64,000 nt of DNA, taken from contig NC_042997.1 in assembly GCF_006345805.1 (NCBI RefSeq), positions 97,154,001-97,218,000 of the forward strand, given 5' to 3'. This stretch comes from Octopus sinensis. Taxonomy: Eukaryota. The position numbers and the translations under genes are program-made. The notes beneath the pieces were generated by a model. That model did not search any database. It was not told where the DNA came from and worked only from the letters and a program-made list of their open reading frames with translations. Below, piece after piece: positions 1 to 11,887 of this stretch (the first letter of the stretch is position 1; every line of letters starts with the position of its first letter).

Positions 1-881
1 TAAAATAAATCAAATCCATTCTGGTATTCGATGTCTTTAAAAACACATTTTGGTCGACTGTAGATACACGATATCTATTTAGGCGATTGTAAAATGGCTG
101 CTAAAATGTACAATAAAAATCAAAATTGTTAGGTATACTGTAGGTTAAATAAGCAGGAGGATATGCGTGGATGGAAAGGGTTACTGAAAAGGTTATGGAT
201 GTATGGCGAAAGATTTCCAGTAAATGGACATATGATGAACTAAGAACAAAAATAAAAGCATGAAGAACGAATATACAGTGCGTGTTTATTTGGCAAAAAA
301 AATTCCGAAATATTGCAATATCTGTTTCAACATACGATTTCACATCAATCTTGCAAAACAAATTCATAAACATGTGTGTGTGTGCGTGTGTGTACATATA
401 TATATGTATATATATATGTATGTATGTATATAGATTTATTTCTTTACTACCCAGATAGATAACACCACTTATGTCCATCTCCTATGTTCTGCCTTTAGGC
501 CTTCACTTCGTACACGCCACTTCAATTCGATTCTCAGTCGAAAGACACCTGTTGTTTCTTGTTGTTTGTATTCGTAATTGTGTACCATGTTCTCCGTCTT
601 TTTTTTTTTTTTTTTTTGTCTTTTATGCCGTACACATTCGCTAGCTTTTTTTTTTGCCCTTAGCTTAGATTTTTGGTGGAGCAACCAGATCGAACCATCT
701 CAAGTGTAACTGCTCGAAATGGTCGTGACTTCTGGAATTTGACTGAGGAAAGAAAGCCACGAATGACACGTCTTTTTTTTTTTTTGCCTGTCCTAATTGT
801 TGTTTCTCTTGTCCGCCTTTGTATCGTCTATCTGTCCGAATGTTTTATTGTCCTCTATTGCGCTTTTTTTCCATTTTTATA

Positions 882-925
<44 letters not shown>

Positions 926-1161
926 ATATATTATATATATATATACGACGCAGTGTCTATAAAAGAAAATCGTTAAACGACCATATCTAGGACATCAAGT
1001 TACGACCCTGAAGAAACTGCATCGTTTTTATAATAGGGTTGCAATTACAACGTTTATTATTGGTGCAATTGAAGCATGCGTTGGTCTGAAAGGCAATATA
1101 TATTTATAGAATGAATGGTAATGCTATTGCTATTTTCGAGTAATCTTTATTTTCATATTGT

Positions 1162-1194
<33 letters not shown>

Positions 1195-1196
<2 letters not shown>

Positions 1197-1583
1197 CGCA
1201 GGAGTGGCTGTGTGGTAAGTAGCTTGCTCACCAACCACATGCGTGGCACCTTGGGCAAGTGTCTTCTACTATAGCCTCAGGCCAATCGAAGCCTTGTGAA
1301 TGGATTTGGTAGACGGAAACTGAAAGAAGCCCGTCGTATATATGTATGTCTGTGTGTGTGTGTGCGTATGTTTGTGTGTCTGTGTTTGTCCCCCCAACAT
1401 CGCTTGACAACCGATGGTGGTGTTTTTTACGTCCCCGTAACTTAGCTGTTCGGCAAGAGAGACCGATAGAATAAGTACTATGCTTCCAAAGAATAAGTCC
1501 TGGGCTCGATTTGCTCGACGAGAGGCGGTGCTCCAGAATGGCCGCAGTTAAATGACTGAAACAAATAAAAAAGAGTTAAAGAG
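1195..1583 (+). mobile_element. family B composite tRNA-derived SINE (OK-like): head, microsatellite, 3' module, (TAAAAGAG)n tail; B-box deleted in this copy
   Basis: ggcgcaggagtggctgtgtggtaag...ggcaccttgggcaagtgtc...gatagaataagtacta...gactgaaacaa. Confidence 0.88.
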
Positions 1584-1825
1584 TATATGCGTGTGTATAT
1601 ATGTATTATAAGGTCTATGTATGTATGTACATATAAGGAGTGTGTGTGAGTATATAAATATATATATATGTATATATATATTTCGTTTTTGGATTTGGTT
1701 TGCAAGATTCTTTATGTGAGTTCGTGTGTTGAAGCATAAATAAAAGAAGGAAATAAGTGGAAATTTTATCGGTGAGTGTGTTAAATTATAAGGCACTAAA
1801 AGAGAATGACTTTCCCCAGACACAA

Positions 1826-1827
<2 letters not shown>

Positions 1828-1873
<46 letters not shown>

Positions 1874-2028
1874 ATGAGGGGTGTATGAAAAGTTTTGAGC
1901 CTTGAAGTCTTGTACCATGTTTTATTTGTTTTGTTTTTAGGCTCAAGACTTTTCATACACCCCTCGTATCTATGTATGTATGTATGTATGTATGATGTAT
2001 GTATGTATGTATGTATGTATGTATGTAT
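1828..2028. repeat. (GT)n and (TATG)n microsatellites flanking the 92-bp MITE
   Basis: Direct reading. Confidence 0.9.
1875..1966. mobile_element. 92-bp mariner-type MITE
   Basis: TA|TGAGGGGTGTATGAAAAGTTTTGAGCCT...AGGCTCAAGACTTTTCATACACCCCTCG|TA; 28-bp TIRs with 2 mismatches. Confidence 0.85.
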
Positions 2029-2414
2029 ATTAGGGTCTGTCAGAAAGTTTCTGTAATGCTACAATAATGCCAGTTTGTGATAAAGATAAAAGACTGAGAA
2101 TAATAAAAGAAGTAAAACAATGGCAAAGGTTTATAGCTTTACTTTCGATTTCACTATGTCGGTTTCACAAAGCTTTTTATCAAGAGAAAAAATGGAAATT
2201 ACGTTTAGCTCTGATCTCCATGGTTATGTGGCAACGAGGGATTCAGCTTGAAATAGGAACACTAAATTATATGTAAAATGAAGAAATGTTGTGTTATCGG
2301 AACTATAGCTATGCAGATGGAACATTAAATAACGATAATGGCTCCAACAAAGCTATTGAAGTGTAGCATCAGACATTATATATATAAGTCCAATTTGCTA
2401 AAATGATATTTTGG

Positions 2415-3100
2415 AATAATAATAATCCTTTCTACTAAAGGCACAAGGCCTGAGATTTTGTGGGAGGGGAGTAGTCGATTGACCTCAGTGTGTCACAGGT
2501 ACTTAATTTATCGTCCCCGAAAGGATGAAAAGCAAAGTCGACCTCGGCAGAATTTGAACTCAGAATGTAACGACAGGCAAAATAGCGCTATGCATTTCCT
2601 CCAGCGTGCTAACGATTCTACCAGCTCACTGCTTTAATACTTAATAATGATAATAATAACCCTTTCTACTAAGAGCACAAGGCCTGAAATTTGGGGGTAA
2701 GGGACTAGTCAATTACATCGGCCCCAGTACTCAACTGGTACTTATTTTATCGACTCCGAAAAGCAAAGTCGACCTCGGCGGAATTTGAACTCAGAACGTA
2801 AGGACGGAAGAAATGCCGCTAAGCATTTTGTCCGACGTGCTGACGATTCTGTCAGCTCACCGCGATGATAATAATAATAATAATCCTTACTACTATAGGC
2901 TCAAGGCTTGAAATTTGGGAGGAGAGGACTAGTCGATTACATCGACCCCAGTATTTCACTGGTACTTAATTTATTGACCCCGAAAGGATGAAAGGCAAAG
3001 TCGACCTCGACGGAATTTAAACTCAGAACGTAGAGACACACAAAATGCCGCTAAACATTCCCTCCAGAGTGTTAACGATTCTGCCAGCTTGCCACCTTGA
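2415..3100 (-). mobile_element. head-to-tail array of 3 family A SINEs (tail type 2, (ATT)n)
   Basis: Three repeats of aataatcctttctacta..ggcacaaggcctgaaattt..gaaaggcaaagtcgacctc..ctgccagct separated by (AAT)n. Confidence 0.9.
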
Positions 3101-3195
3101 ATAATAAGAATAATAATAAGGATTTCTTTATTAACCACAACGGGTTTACTTTAAGAAAAACATTATGGACAGTACAGGACAAAACAAAAAATGTG

Positions 3196-3229
<34 letters not shown>

Positions 3230-3299
3230 TTGTGCGGATTATGCGTGTATACAAGATTAACACAATGAAACAAAACAAAAATATTTAACATTATCTAAT

Positions 3300-4870
3300 C
3301 CTCAAAAGGGAGGAGACGTTCAAGGGCTGCTCATGGGAAAACCCTATAAAAGCCATGGGTACCCTGACTTTTGGGGAAAGTGTCTTTTTCCTTTCCTTTT
3401 CTCCAACTACAGGCGTATGCTCAGGACAGGCCCGTTCACTCTCACTGTTCTCGCCACTTTCATCCACCTTTTAGCAAACTGGCTTGAAGACAACACTTCC
3501 CTCTCTATCCTTATTTTCCTCTTCAAGTCAAACTTGAGGAAGATGATCGGGGATTGGCCAAAGAGAAAAGTGTTTGTCTTCAGCCCCTTCAATCTCGTCC
3601 ACTATATAACCTCTTTCGCCATGAACATCAGGCATATAAAGTCAGCCTTCCCTACCCGATTAAAGGAAGGCGGCGGGGCGATCTTCACGATGGATTCAGT
3701 TGACAGCCGGATCCGTCCTACATACGACAGCAGATGTTTGACATAAACTCACAGGTCAGCAAATCTCTGGTACTGGACAACTGCATGCAGAACCGTCTCG
3801 TCGCCCTGTGCGCATCTCGGACATGCTCAGCTGACGGCACTTCTGTGCCTGGAAAGTGTATCTCGAACAGGCAAAGCACCCGGTAGCACTGCAAAGCCGG
3901 AGATTTTTGGAAATTATTCATCGGTCCCGAGCCGAATGTTCTCCGGAAAAGAGCGGCTAGCTGATCTTCTATTTCTATACTACCCACAGGGGGGGGGCTA
4001 AACACAGAGGGGACAAACAAGGACAGACTAACGGCTTAAGTCGATTATATCGACCCCAGTGCGTAACTGGTGCTTAATTTATCGACCCCGAAAGGATGAA
4101 AGGCAAAGTCGACCTCGGCGGCATTTGAACTCAGAACGTAGCGGCAGATGAAATAGCGCTAAGCATTTCGCTCGGCGCGCTAACGTTTCTGCCAGCTTAC
4201 CGCCTTAAGAGCGGCTAGCTGATCTTCTTCGATGTCCAAGGTCTCCCCAAGAACGTTGTCGCACTTTCCCTCCATTAATCCTCTATAAAACACTAAAATG
4301 GACGTTCCCCTATCGCAGTGTCTAACTGGCTGAGGGTTGTGAGCGCTTGAAGACATTCCACTTTCTAAATGCCTTCTCTAGGTCTCTGTTTCACCTAGGA
4401 CTGCAGCTCCGTTAAAGAAACCAGCTGGAAGCACTGGAGATGTCGTAGCCTCAGTGCATGTCTGCACACCATCAACCACAGCATGCCCAGGCCACCACGC
4501 GTCCGTTTCACAAGAAGCGGAAGAGTATACGCTCCAACGTTTAGCCGGGAAAATGCACGACGGTCAAACGATAGGAGATGACGGACGCGATGTACGCGTT
4601 ACCCACCTCTTCTCGACCTTTCAAGGATAACTTCCTCTCGGCTCATTTCTGGGTGAGAATAGTCACCCTGCTGTTACCTCATCCCAGTTTTTGCCCATCT
4701 GGAGATCCGGACCATACCAGACCTCGAGCAATTTAACTGATCCGTCCGTTCAGCGCCGAACGACGCATTTGTACTGCACGGACTTGCTTTTCCAGGTGCT
4801 GAGCCGCAAGACCACTGATTTTTTTCCTGCTTAATCGTCGCTCCTGATACCGCCTGAATTACGACGAAAA
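3300..4870 (-). mobile_element. decayed Tx1/L1-clade LINE, 3' part of ORF2 (interrupted by a SINE at 3971-4206)
   Basis: Hand translation across frameshifts: AVSGATI..SVVLRLSTWKSKS..VKLLEVWYGPDL..W..RKLSLKGR..V..YIASVISYRL, then the CPRCAQGDETVLH zinc-finger-like motif. Multiple stops. Confidence 0.8.
3971..4206 (-). mobile_element. family A tRNA-derived SINE (OR/Meta-domain-like), tail type 1, with 22-bp TSD
   Basis: A/B-box head (GGTAAGCTGGCAGAAACGTTAGC...GTTCAAATGCC), central GCCTTTCATCCTTTCGGGGTCGATAAA; TSD AAGAGCGGCTAGCTGATCTTCT at 3949-3970 and 4207-4228. Confidence 0.92.
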
Positions 4871-5321
4871 CGTATGCCTATTCGACGTATGTGGAATTAG
4901 AGCTAGTGAGAGTTGCAGGGTGTTGTCTCACAGTTGCTGACAGTAAACTTCATGTCTCCGCTGACCAAGGTTTTAGCTGGTCAACCAGACTTCGTTCTCA
5001 TTGAGTCGTCACCATGTGACTGAACTCGTTGAGTCGTCACCGACTGATTTTTGCTTGGAGTGTTCTTGCTTTTATAACTATAGATAGACATATCATTGAG
5101 AACAATAGATTTAGTTGGTGGTCTTGTTATCTCTATTCTGTTTTTTTTTATTTTTGTGAAGTACAAGTGACATTATTTCGGCCTAGCTAAAAGCAATCTG
5201 ACGAATGTCAAACTGCTGTCACAGAAAAACCATTGTTCCACTGTGGGAAAAGTTCTGTTGCAGTGTTAATTTAAATTTGGCTATGGTGGATCGAATCCCC
5301 TTCATGCTTGCAAGATCCACT

Positions 5322-5323
5322 AC

Positions 5324-5399
<76 letters not shown>

Positions 5400-5470
5400 A
5401 TGATATATGTATATATATATTTGTTTCAGCCATTTGACTGCTGGAGCACTGCCTTGTGTATATGTATATA

Positions 5471-5514
<44 letters not shown>

Positions 5515-5530
5515 AGAGAGAGAGAGAGAG
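5322..5530. repeat. (TA)n and (GA)n microsatellites
   Basis: Direct reading. Confidence 0.95.
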
Positions 5531-5914
5531 TGGGAGACAGACAGGGAGATAGGCAAACAGACTGGCAGGCAGACTGACAGACTATTACTATTTTACGACT
5601 ACGTATTTGTTTTGTAAGATTCCAGGTGTTGTTCATTTTCGTGAATAAAATCTATAAGGATATATCTATAAATGATAGAAGCATATTTCTTATCAAGCTA
5701 TAAAATAGTAAATTATTCAAAATGGTTTTACTATAAAATAAAGGCAAAAATAAAAAGAGAAATAGATTAGAATATTTAAAACGATAGATAAACCTAACAT
5801 TATATGATTAATTTATTTACATTGTACAAAAGTTACCTCCCTTGTAGCACAAACCGATAACGCCTCAATTAACAATACTTCGCCTGATAAAAAAAAAAAA
5901 GCTATGAGGTATAT

Positions 5915-6575
5915 ACTCTTTTACTCTTTTACTCTTTTACTTGTTTCAGTCATTTGACTGCGGCCATGCTGGAGCACCGCCTTTAGTCGAGCAAATCGAC
6001 CCCGGGACTTATTCTTTGTAAGCCCAGTACTTATTCTATCGGTCTCTTTTGCCGAACCGCTACCATAAATATGTCATCACAGTGAAAGTTAACCCAAAGT
6101 AAACAACGGCAGAAGACGAAGAACGAACCTTTTCATCTTTACATTCTTTTATCCGTTTACTTGTTTTAGTCATTTCACTGCAGCCGTGCTGGAATACTAT
6201 CTTCAGGGTTTTTTTTTAGTTGAACAATCGATACCAGGACTTATTTTCTAAGCCTAGTGCTTATTTTATCTGTTTCTTGTGCCAAGCCGCTAGATTACGT
6301 GGACGTAAGCACGTCAGCACCGATTGTCAAGAGGTGACGGGACACACCACACACACACCACACACACATTCTTTTAGCCTTTCACTTGTTTCAGTCATTT
6401 GACTGCGGCCATGCGGGAGCACCACCTTCAGTCGAACAAATCAACCCCAGGACTTATTCTTTGTAAGCCTAGTGCTTATTCTATTGGTCTCTTTTACCAA
6501 ACCACTATGTTACGGGGATGTAAACACACCAACATCGGTTGTCAGGCGATGATGTTGAACAAACACAGACACATG
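5915..6575 (-). mobile_element. cluster of three partial family B SINE 3' modules
   Basis: ttgtttcagtcatttgactgcggccatgc recurs at about 5941, 6160 and 6385. Confidence 0.85.
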
Positions 6576-6691
6576 AGTATATATATATATAGTATATATA
6601 TGTGTGTGTGTGTGTTATATTATATATATGTGTTATATATATATATATATATATATCTGTAAATATAAATTTGACATGGGTGATTCTTTCT

Positions 6692-7880
6692 TGTCTTGGG
6701 AGTCACGGTCAAACGGCTGGGGGGATACTATGCCTACGCAGACTTATTGAAGAATCAAAAGCATTTAATCGCGATCTTGCAATGGTATTTGTAGACTTTT
6801 CTAAAGCGTTCAATTCTGTAGATAGGTACAAGATGTTTGAAATCCTTAAGCTCTATGGGATACCAGACAAAATCATTTCTGCCATCTAGGTCCTCTACAC
6901 AGATACGTCTTCAACCATCTTAACCCCTGACAGAGAAACATCATCTTTCTCAATCAAAGCCGGAATACTGCTGGGAGACACACTCGCCCCATTTCTTTTC
7001 ATCATTGTTGTTGATTATGTGCTACGTATGTCAGTTGATACCATCTCTGGCAAGGGCTTTGAAATAAAACCAAGAAGAAGTTCCAGACACCCAGCTGAGT
7101 ACTTGACAGACACTGACTTTGCTGACGACATCGCTCTTATCAGTGATTCTCTCTCCAATGCCCAGTCTCTTTTACAATCTCTTGAACAAGCCTCAAATTG
7201 TGTAGGTCTTTACCTTAATGAGGCCAAGGCTGAATACATAAACAAGTGCCTGTCCAACAGTGATTGCATCATCCATACTCTTAACAATGCGCCCTTAAAT
7301 ATGGTTTCTGATTACAAATATCTTGGGTCATACATATCATCATCTGGAAAAGACTTTCTAACTAGAAAGGGTATGGCCTGGTCAGCCTGTAATGACATGC
7401 ATAAGATCTGGTCATCAAATCTAAGAAGAGACTTCAAACTTGAAATCTTCAAAGCCACAGTCGAACCAATTCTACTATATGGCTCAGAAACCTGGACGTT
7501 ATCAAAGAAGCTTGAGAGGCAGTTGGATGGAACCTACACTCGCCTCCTTATGAGAGCACAAAATCTCTTGTGGAAGCGCCATCCAACCAAAATGCAAATA
7601 TATGGGAAACTACCACCTATGTCATCTCTTGTGAAAGGTAAGAGAGTCCAGTTTGCTGGACATAGTTGTAGAGCTGAAAAAGAGGTAATTTCTACTCTTC
7701 TCCTCTGGAAGCCATCTACTCGCAATACCAGAGGGCGCACACTCTCCTACCCTGATGTAATCTCCAGGGATACAGGCATCCAGCAACAGGACCTCTGTAA
7801 TGCCATGATGGACCGTGAAGTCTGGCATAGCATGGTAAATTCCATTGTCTCAACCACGGTCGAACAGTGATGATGATGAT
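6692..7880 (+). mobile_element. 5'-truncated RTE-type LINE (RT domain to C-terminus, (TGA)n tail)
   Basis: ORFs 6602-6889 and 7019-7870 are in one frame, broken by a single TAG at 6887-6889. Motifs FVDFSKAFNSV, GDTLAPFLF, DFADDIAL and LLYGSETW; stop followed by tgatgatgat. Confidence 0.9.
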
Positions 7881-8502
7881 GGGTGGAATTGCGTGAAAAA
7901 TTACACAGATGTGTAGAATGATCCGGTGATGATGCTGGGCTTTGTATTTTTGTCTTAGCACCCATGGTTACTAAGATAATCTACTACAATTACACTCTTG
8001 TGGTTCTGAATGAGAAAGGAAGGGATGAGATACATGAATAAGGAAGGATGGGGTGATGTCAAACTGGATAGTGTGATGCTTAGTGCCTCAATAGGTCTTA
8101 ATCCATCCCTGCTCCCACTGTATCAGAGTGTGGATTCGATCTTGAAGTCACATGTTTGTGAAATGAACTTACAGAAGAATAATCACAGTCCCGCGGGCTT
8201 TCATACAGTGTCAGTTTACTTAATTTCCTTCCAATGTGTCGGAGTGTGGGTTGGATCTTGAAGCCACATGACTGCAAAATGAACTTCTCAAAACACATGA
8301 CCATACCTGGATTCCTCTATAAACCAAGACATTTTTCAATTTTGAGATTTTATCAAAATTTTATCTTACTCATTTGTATTACATTGTTACTACTTTCAGG
8401 TTTCTGCATTTTTATTCATCATGCTTCTTCATCATCTTTATGAGTTGTAACTGATCTCACTATAGTAATAACATATTACATAGCTTCATTTTATTTATTC
8501 AT

Positions 8503-9114
8503 TTATTTTCTTGTTTCAGTCATTAGACTACTATGGTCATGTTGGAACACCGTCTTGAAGAATTTTAATTGACTGAATCGACCCCAGTATCTATTTTTTA
8601 AAGCATGGTACTTATTCTATCAAGCTCTTTTGCTGAACCATTAAGTTATAGGAACATAAACCGGTTGTCAAGCATTAGTGGAAGAGCAACACACACACTT
8701 GTACATACATTTATATATAAAATTAGAAAAAAACCACCTTTTATCAATTCAAAATAAACAATTAAATTACACCATCTAGAAAATTACATATAATAAAAAT
8801 ATTAAAATCAAAATAACAATAAAATACCAATGATTAAGTAAATTGCAAAAAAAATAATTACCTATATAATTATATGTTTTTTGGGGGTTTTTTGCAATAT
8901 ACTTGATCATTGGTATTTTATTGTTATTTTGATTTTAATATTTCTATTATATGTAATTTTCTAGATGGTGTAATTTAATTGTTCATTTTGAATTGATAAA
9001 AGGTGTTTTTTTTCTAATTTTTTATAAGTATATTATATTGTGTGAAATTTGATTTAGTATTTCTAAATTGAATTTTTTTCCCTGTAAGTTTGGATTAATA
9101 TTCCCTCAAATAAT

Positions 9115-9151
<37 letters not shown>

Positions 9152-9300
9152 GACCGGCTTCTTTTAGTTTTCATCTACAAAATCCACTCACAAGCCTTTG
9201 ATTAGAAGACACTGGCACAGAATGCCACATAGTGGGATTGAAACTGGAACAATGTGGTTGGGAAGCAAACTTCTTATGAAACAGCAATGCCTTGCCTATA
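8503..9300 (-). mobile_element. family B SINE split by the 8716-9027 palindrome
   Basis: 3' module at 8503-8700 and head at 9150-9300. Confidence 0.7.
8716..9027. repeat. long AT-rich palindrome (about 135-bp arms, about 35-bp loop)
   Basis: Arm 8716-8853 is the near-perfect reverse complement of 8888-9027 (e.g. AATTAAATTACACCATCTAGAAAATTACATATAATA). Confidence 0.92.
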
Positions 9301-9517
9301 TCTTTCAACAAATTGTGAAAATATCCAAGAATCTGGGAGGTTTAGAAAAGTACATAAATGCTTCATTGTTAAACTAATAATGCTTAAGACATGCACAGCC
9401 TTTTTCAAGAAGCTGGCAGCATATGACATGGCTCAGGCATGCCATTCAGAAAGGCCTGTGGTCCACATTTTGCCCATGACTGGTTTAGATTCAAACTTAC
9501 AAGGTTCCTACAAATTA

Positions 9518-10699
9518 CAGTGATTCCTTGCTACTTCACAGTTCGACTATCACGGATTCATGGCTTCGCGGATTTTAAATATATATATATATATGAGAAT
9601 CGAAATCAATCAACATCAATGGAAATTGCAGCTGAGATACCAGTGCTGGTGGCACGTAAGAGAACCATCCGAACGTGGTCATTGCCAGTGCCGCCCTGAC
9701 TGGCCTCGTGCCGGTGGCACGTAAAAAGCACCATCCATTCGTGACCGTTGCCAGCCTCACCTGGTCCCCGTGCCGGTGGCACGTAAAAAGCACCATCCGA
9801 TCGTGCCCTTTTGCTAGACTCGTCTGGCACCTGTGCCGGTGGCACGTAAAATGCACCCACTACACTCACGGAGTGGTTGGCGTTAGGAAGGGCATCCAGC
9901 CGTAGAAACATTGCCAGATCAGACTGGGCCTGGTGCAGCCTTCTGGCTTCCCAGACCCCAGTTGAATCGCCCAACCCATGCTAGCATGGAAAGCGGACGC
10001 TAAACGATGATGATGATGATGATGATGATGAACATCTAAATTTTTTCATTAAATCCATAAAAATAATAAATATTATTTCCTAGTCCAGGAACAACAAAAC
10101 AAGCGCAAAATAGCAAAAAAGCATATACAGGGATATTTGAACTTTAGACGGGCTGTGATTGGTGCATTGGAGAGAGACGACGAATCCCGAGGTGCAATGG
10201 AGAGAGTCATAAATCCCTAAAAGATGCTCTTTGAACGGAAAAGAAGCAGCAGCAGCAACTTCCTATCACAATGTTTTTGCAGCCTCACAAAAAAGAGCCA
10301 GTTCCTGCTGATACTACTACAGTTGCACCTTCGGAAAAGAAGTATCCCAGGAAAGGGCACCGCTGTCAGCTTCATCATCATCATCATTTCTACTGTGCAG
10401 CAAATTCATCACCATCATCATTCAAATTTTACTTCAACTTCTTTCGTGTTGAGTACAATAACAATCTATTTTTTAAATCTAAAGTGTTATTGCTTAACAG
10501 TTGTCCTTGTTATTAATAGACTACTGTAATGGGTGGGTTTTTAACAGTACAGGAAGGGTTTTTAACAGTACAGGAAGGGTTTTAAAAGTCCAAATACACA
10601 TTAAATAAACACTGTATGTATGGTGTCCCTACTTCGCGGAAATTCAGTTATCGCGGCTGGTCTCGGAACCAATCTACCGCGATAAACGAGGGATCGCTG
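9518..10699 (+). mobile_element. Tigger/pogo-like non-autonomous DNA transposon, TA TSD, carrying a nested family-C element
   Basis: TA|CAGTGATTCCTTG...CGAGGGATCGCTG|TA imperfect TIRs; internal KQQQLPITMFL-like remnant resembling Tigger transposase C-termini. Confidence 0.7.
9597..10030 (+). mobile_element. family C (GAT)n-tailed retroposon with 4 internal 60-65-bp modules
   Basis: GTGCCGGTGGCACGTAAAAAGCACC repeated; 3' part gttggcgttaggaagggcatccagc...ggacgctaaac(gat)n. Confidence 0.88.
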
Positions 10700-10714
10700 T
10701 ACAATGGCCAGCAA

Positions 10715-10905
10715 TTCGTGGGGTGGGGGTGGATAAGTCGATTACATCGACCCTGGTGTTCAGCTGGCACTTATTTTATCGATCCCGAAAGGATGAAAAG
10801 GTAATGTCGACCTCGGCAAAATTTGGACTGAGAATGTAAAATCGGACGAAACGTCACAAAGCATTTCGTCCGGCATTGTCCCAAGTCTGCTCGTTCGCCG
10901 CCTTA
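10715..10905 (-). mobile_element. family A SINE
   Basis: Central domain plus head ending ccgccttaa. Confidence 0.8.
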
Positions 10906-11887
10906 ATTTGAAGCCAATATTAACTAAGTACTTTCATGCAGATAGCATTTCTGACTCATTCAGCATTGCTAAGATCTAAGGGAAATAACTCGTGGAAGTT
11001 TTACTGCTAATACCACCAAATACGCATTCAAATTGAAACAAGAAAATTTATTTGAAAACTAAGGGCAATTATCAAAGGAATTTTTGAATAAAATCGAATT
11101 ATTATATTGTAAATGTATACATAAAAATTCAAGGATGTTTTTGTTTGCTTTTCATTCATTCATTTGGTTAGCAGATTAATAACGAAGAAGCGCCTCTATT
11201 TCTTTATAAAAAGGGAATTTTTTTATCAGAATCAACATACGACAGCTGTTGAGACTCAATGAATATTGAAGAACAAGACAAAACGACAAACGTTTGATAT
11301 TAACATTTAATACTTGGAACATTACATATAATCAAAATGGCAAAATAGAAATGCAAGAAAATGTTGGCGTTGAAGTTAAAATATGAAATATGAATTAACC
11401 ATTTCTCAAATATTTCAGCAGGATGTATTTTCGTTAGCTTTATTTTTTATTTATTTTTTTTTTTTTTTTTCAAATAATAAAATATAAAATTTAGTAAGGT
11501 GTTCTTTTTATTTTCTGAAAATTTTTTTTGTTTTTTGTGGAGGAGGGGGAATATGTTTAAAATTTTTTTAAAAGCAATAAAATTCTAATATATTCACATA
11601 ACATTCATACCATAGTTTCATATTTTTTTTGCTTAAAATGCATATGGACTGACATTTTTCATTACTACTAAGTGCCAAACATGAGCTACCTCTTCATGCT
11701 GAATATCTGTAGTGCCCCACATAATGAAATATAGTAGCAATTGTAAACGATGAAAAAAAAGAAAGGGGTGAGGTATTGAATCCCAGTCTTTCTCACTTCA
11801 TATATCATCATTCCTCTCTGACAAGTTGTATAGTATTTTTTTAATGGTTCACTCAAAGAAAGAATCAATGGTCTTTGCTGAATCACA

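Noticed and set aside
673-990. 105-aa ORF (VEQPDRTISS...)
   Set aside because: It starts at a non-ATG codon, runs into T- and TA-repeats, and matches no recognisable family.
3333-3746. 137-aa plus-strand ORF
   Set aside because: It is the antisense shadow of the Tx1-like LINE ORF2.
9640-9870. CRISPR-like repeat-spacer pattern (about 25-29-bp repeat, 33-37-bp spacers), also at 36800-37150
   Set aside because: The spacers are homologous to each other and recur (ABABA), the array is internal to a dispersed (GAT)n-tailed retroposon, there are no cas genes, and the context is eukaryotic.
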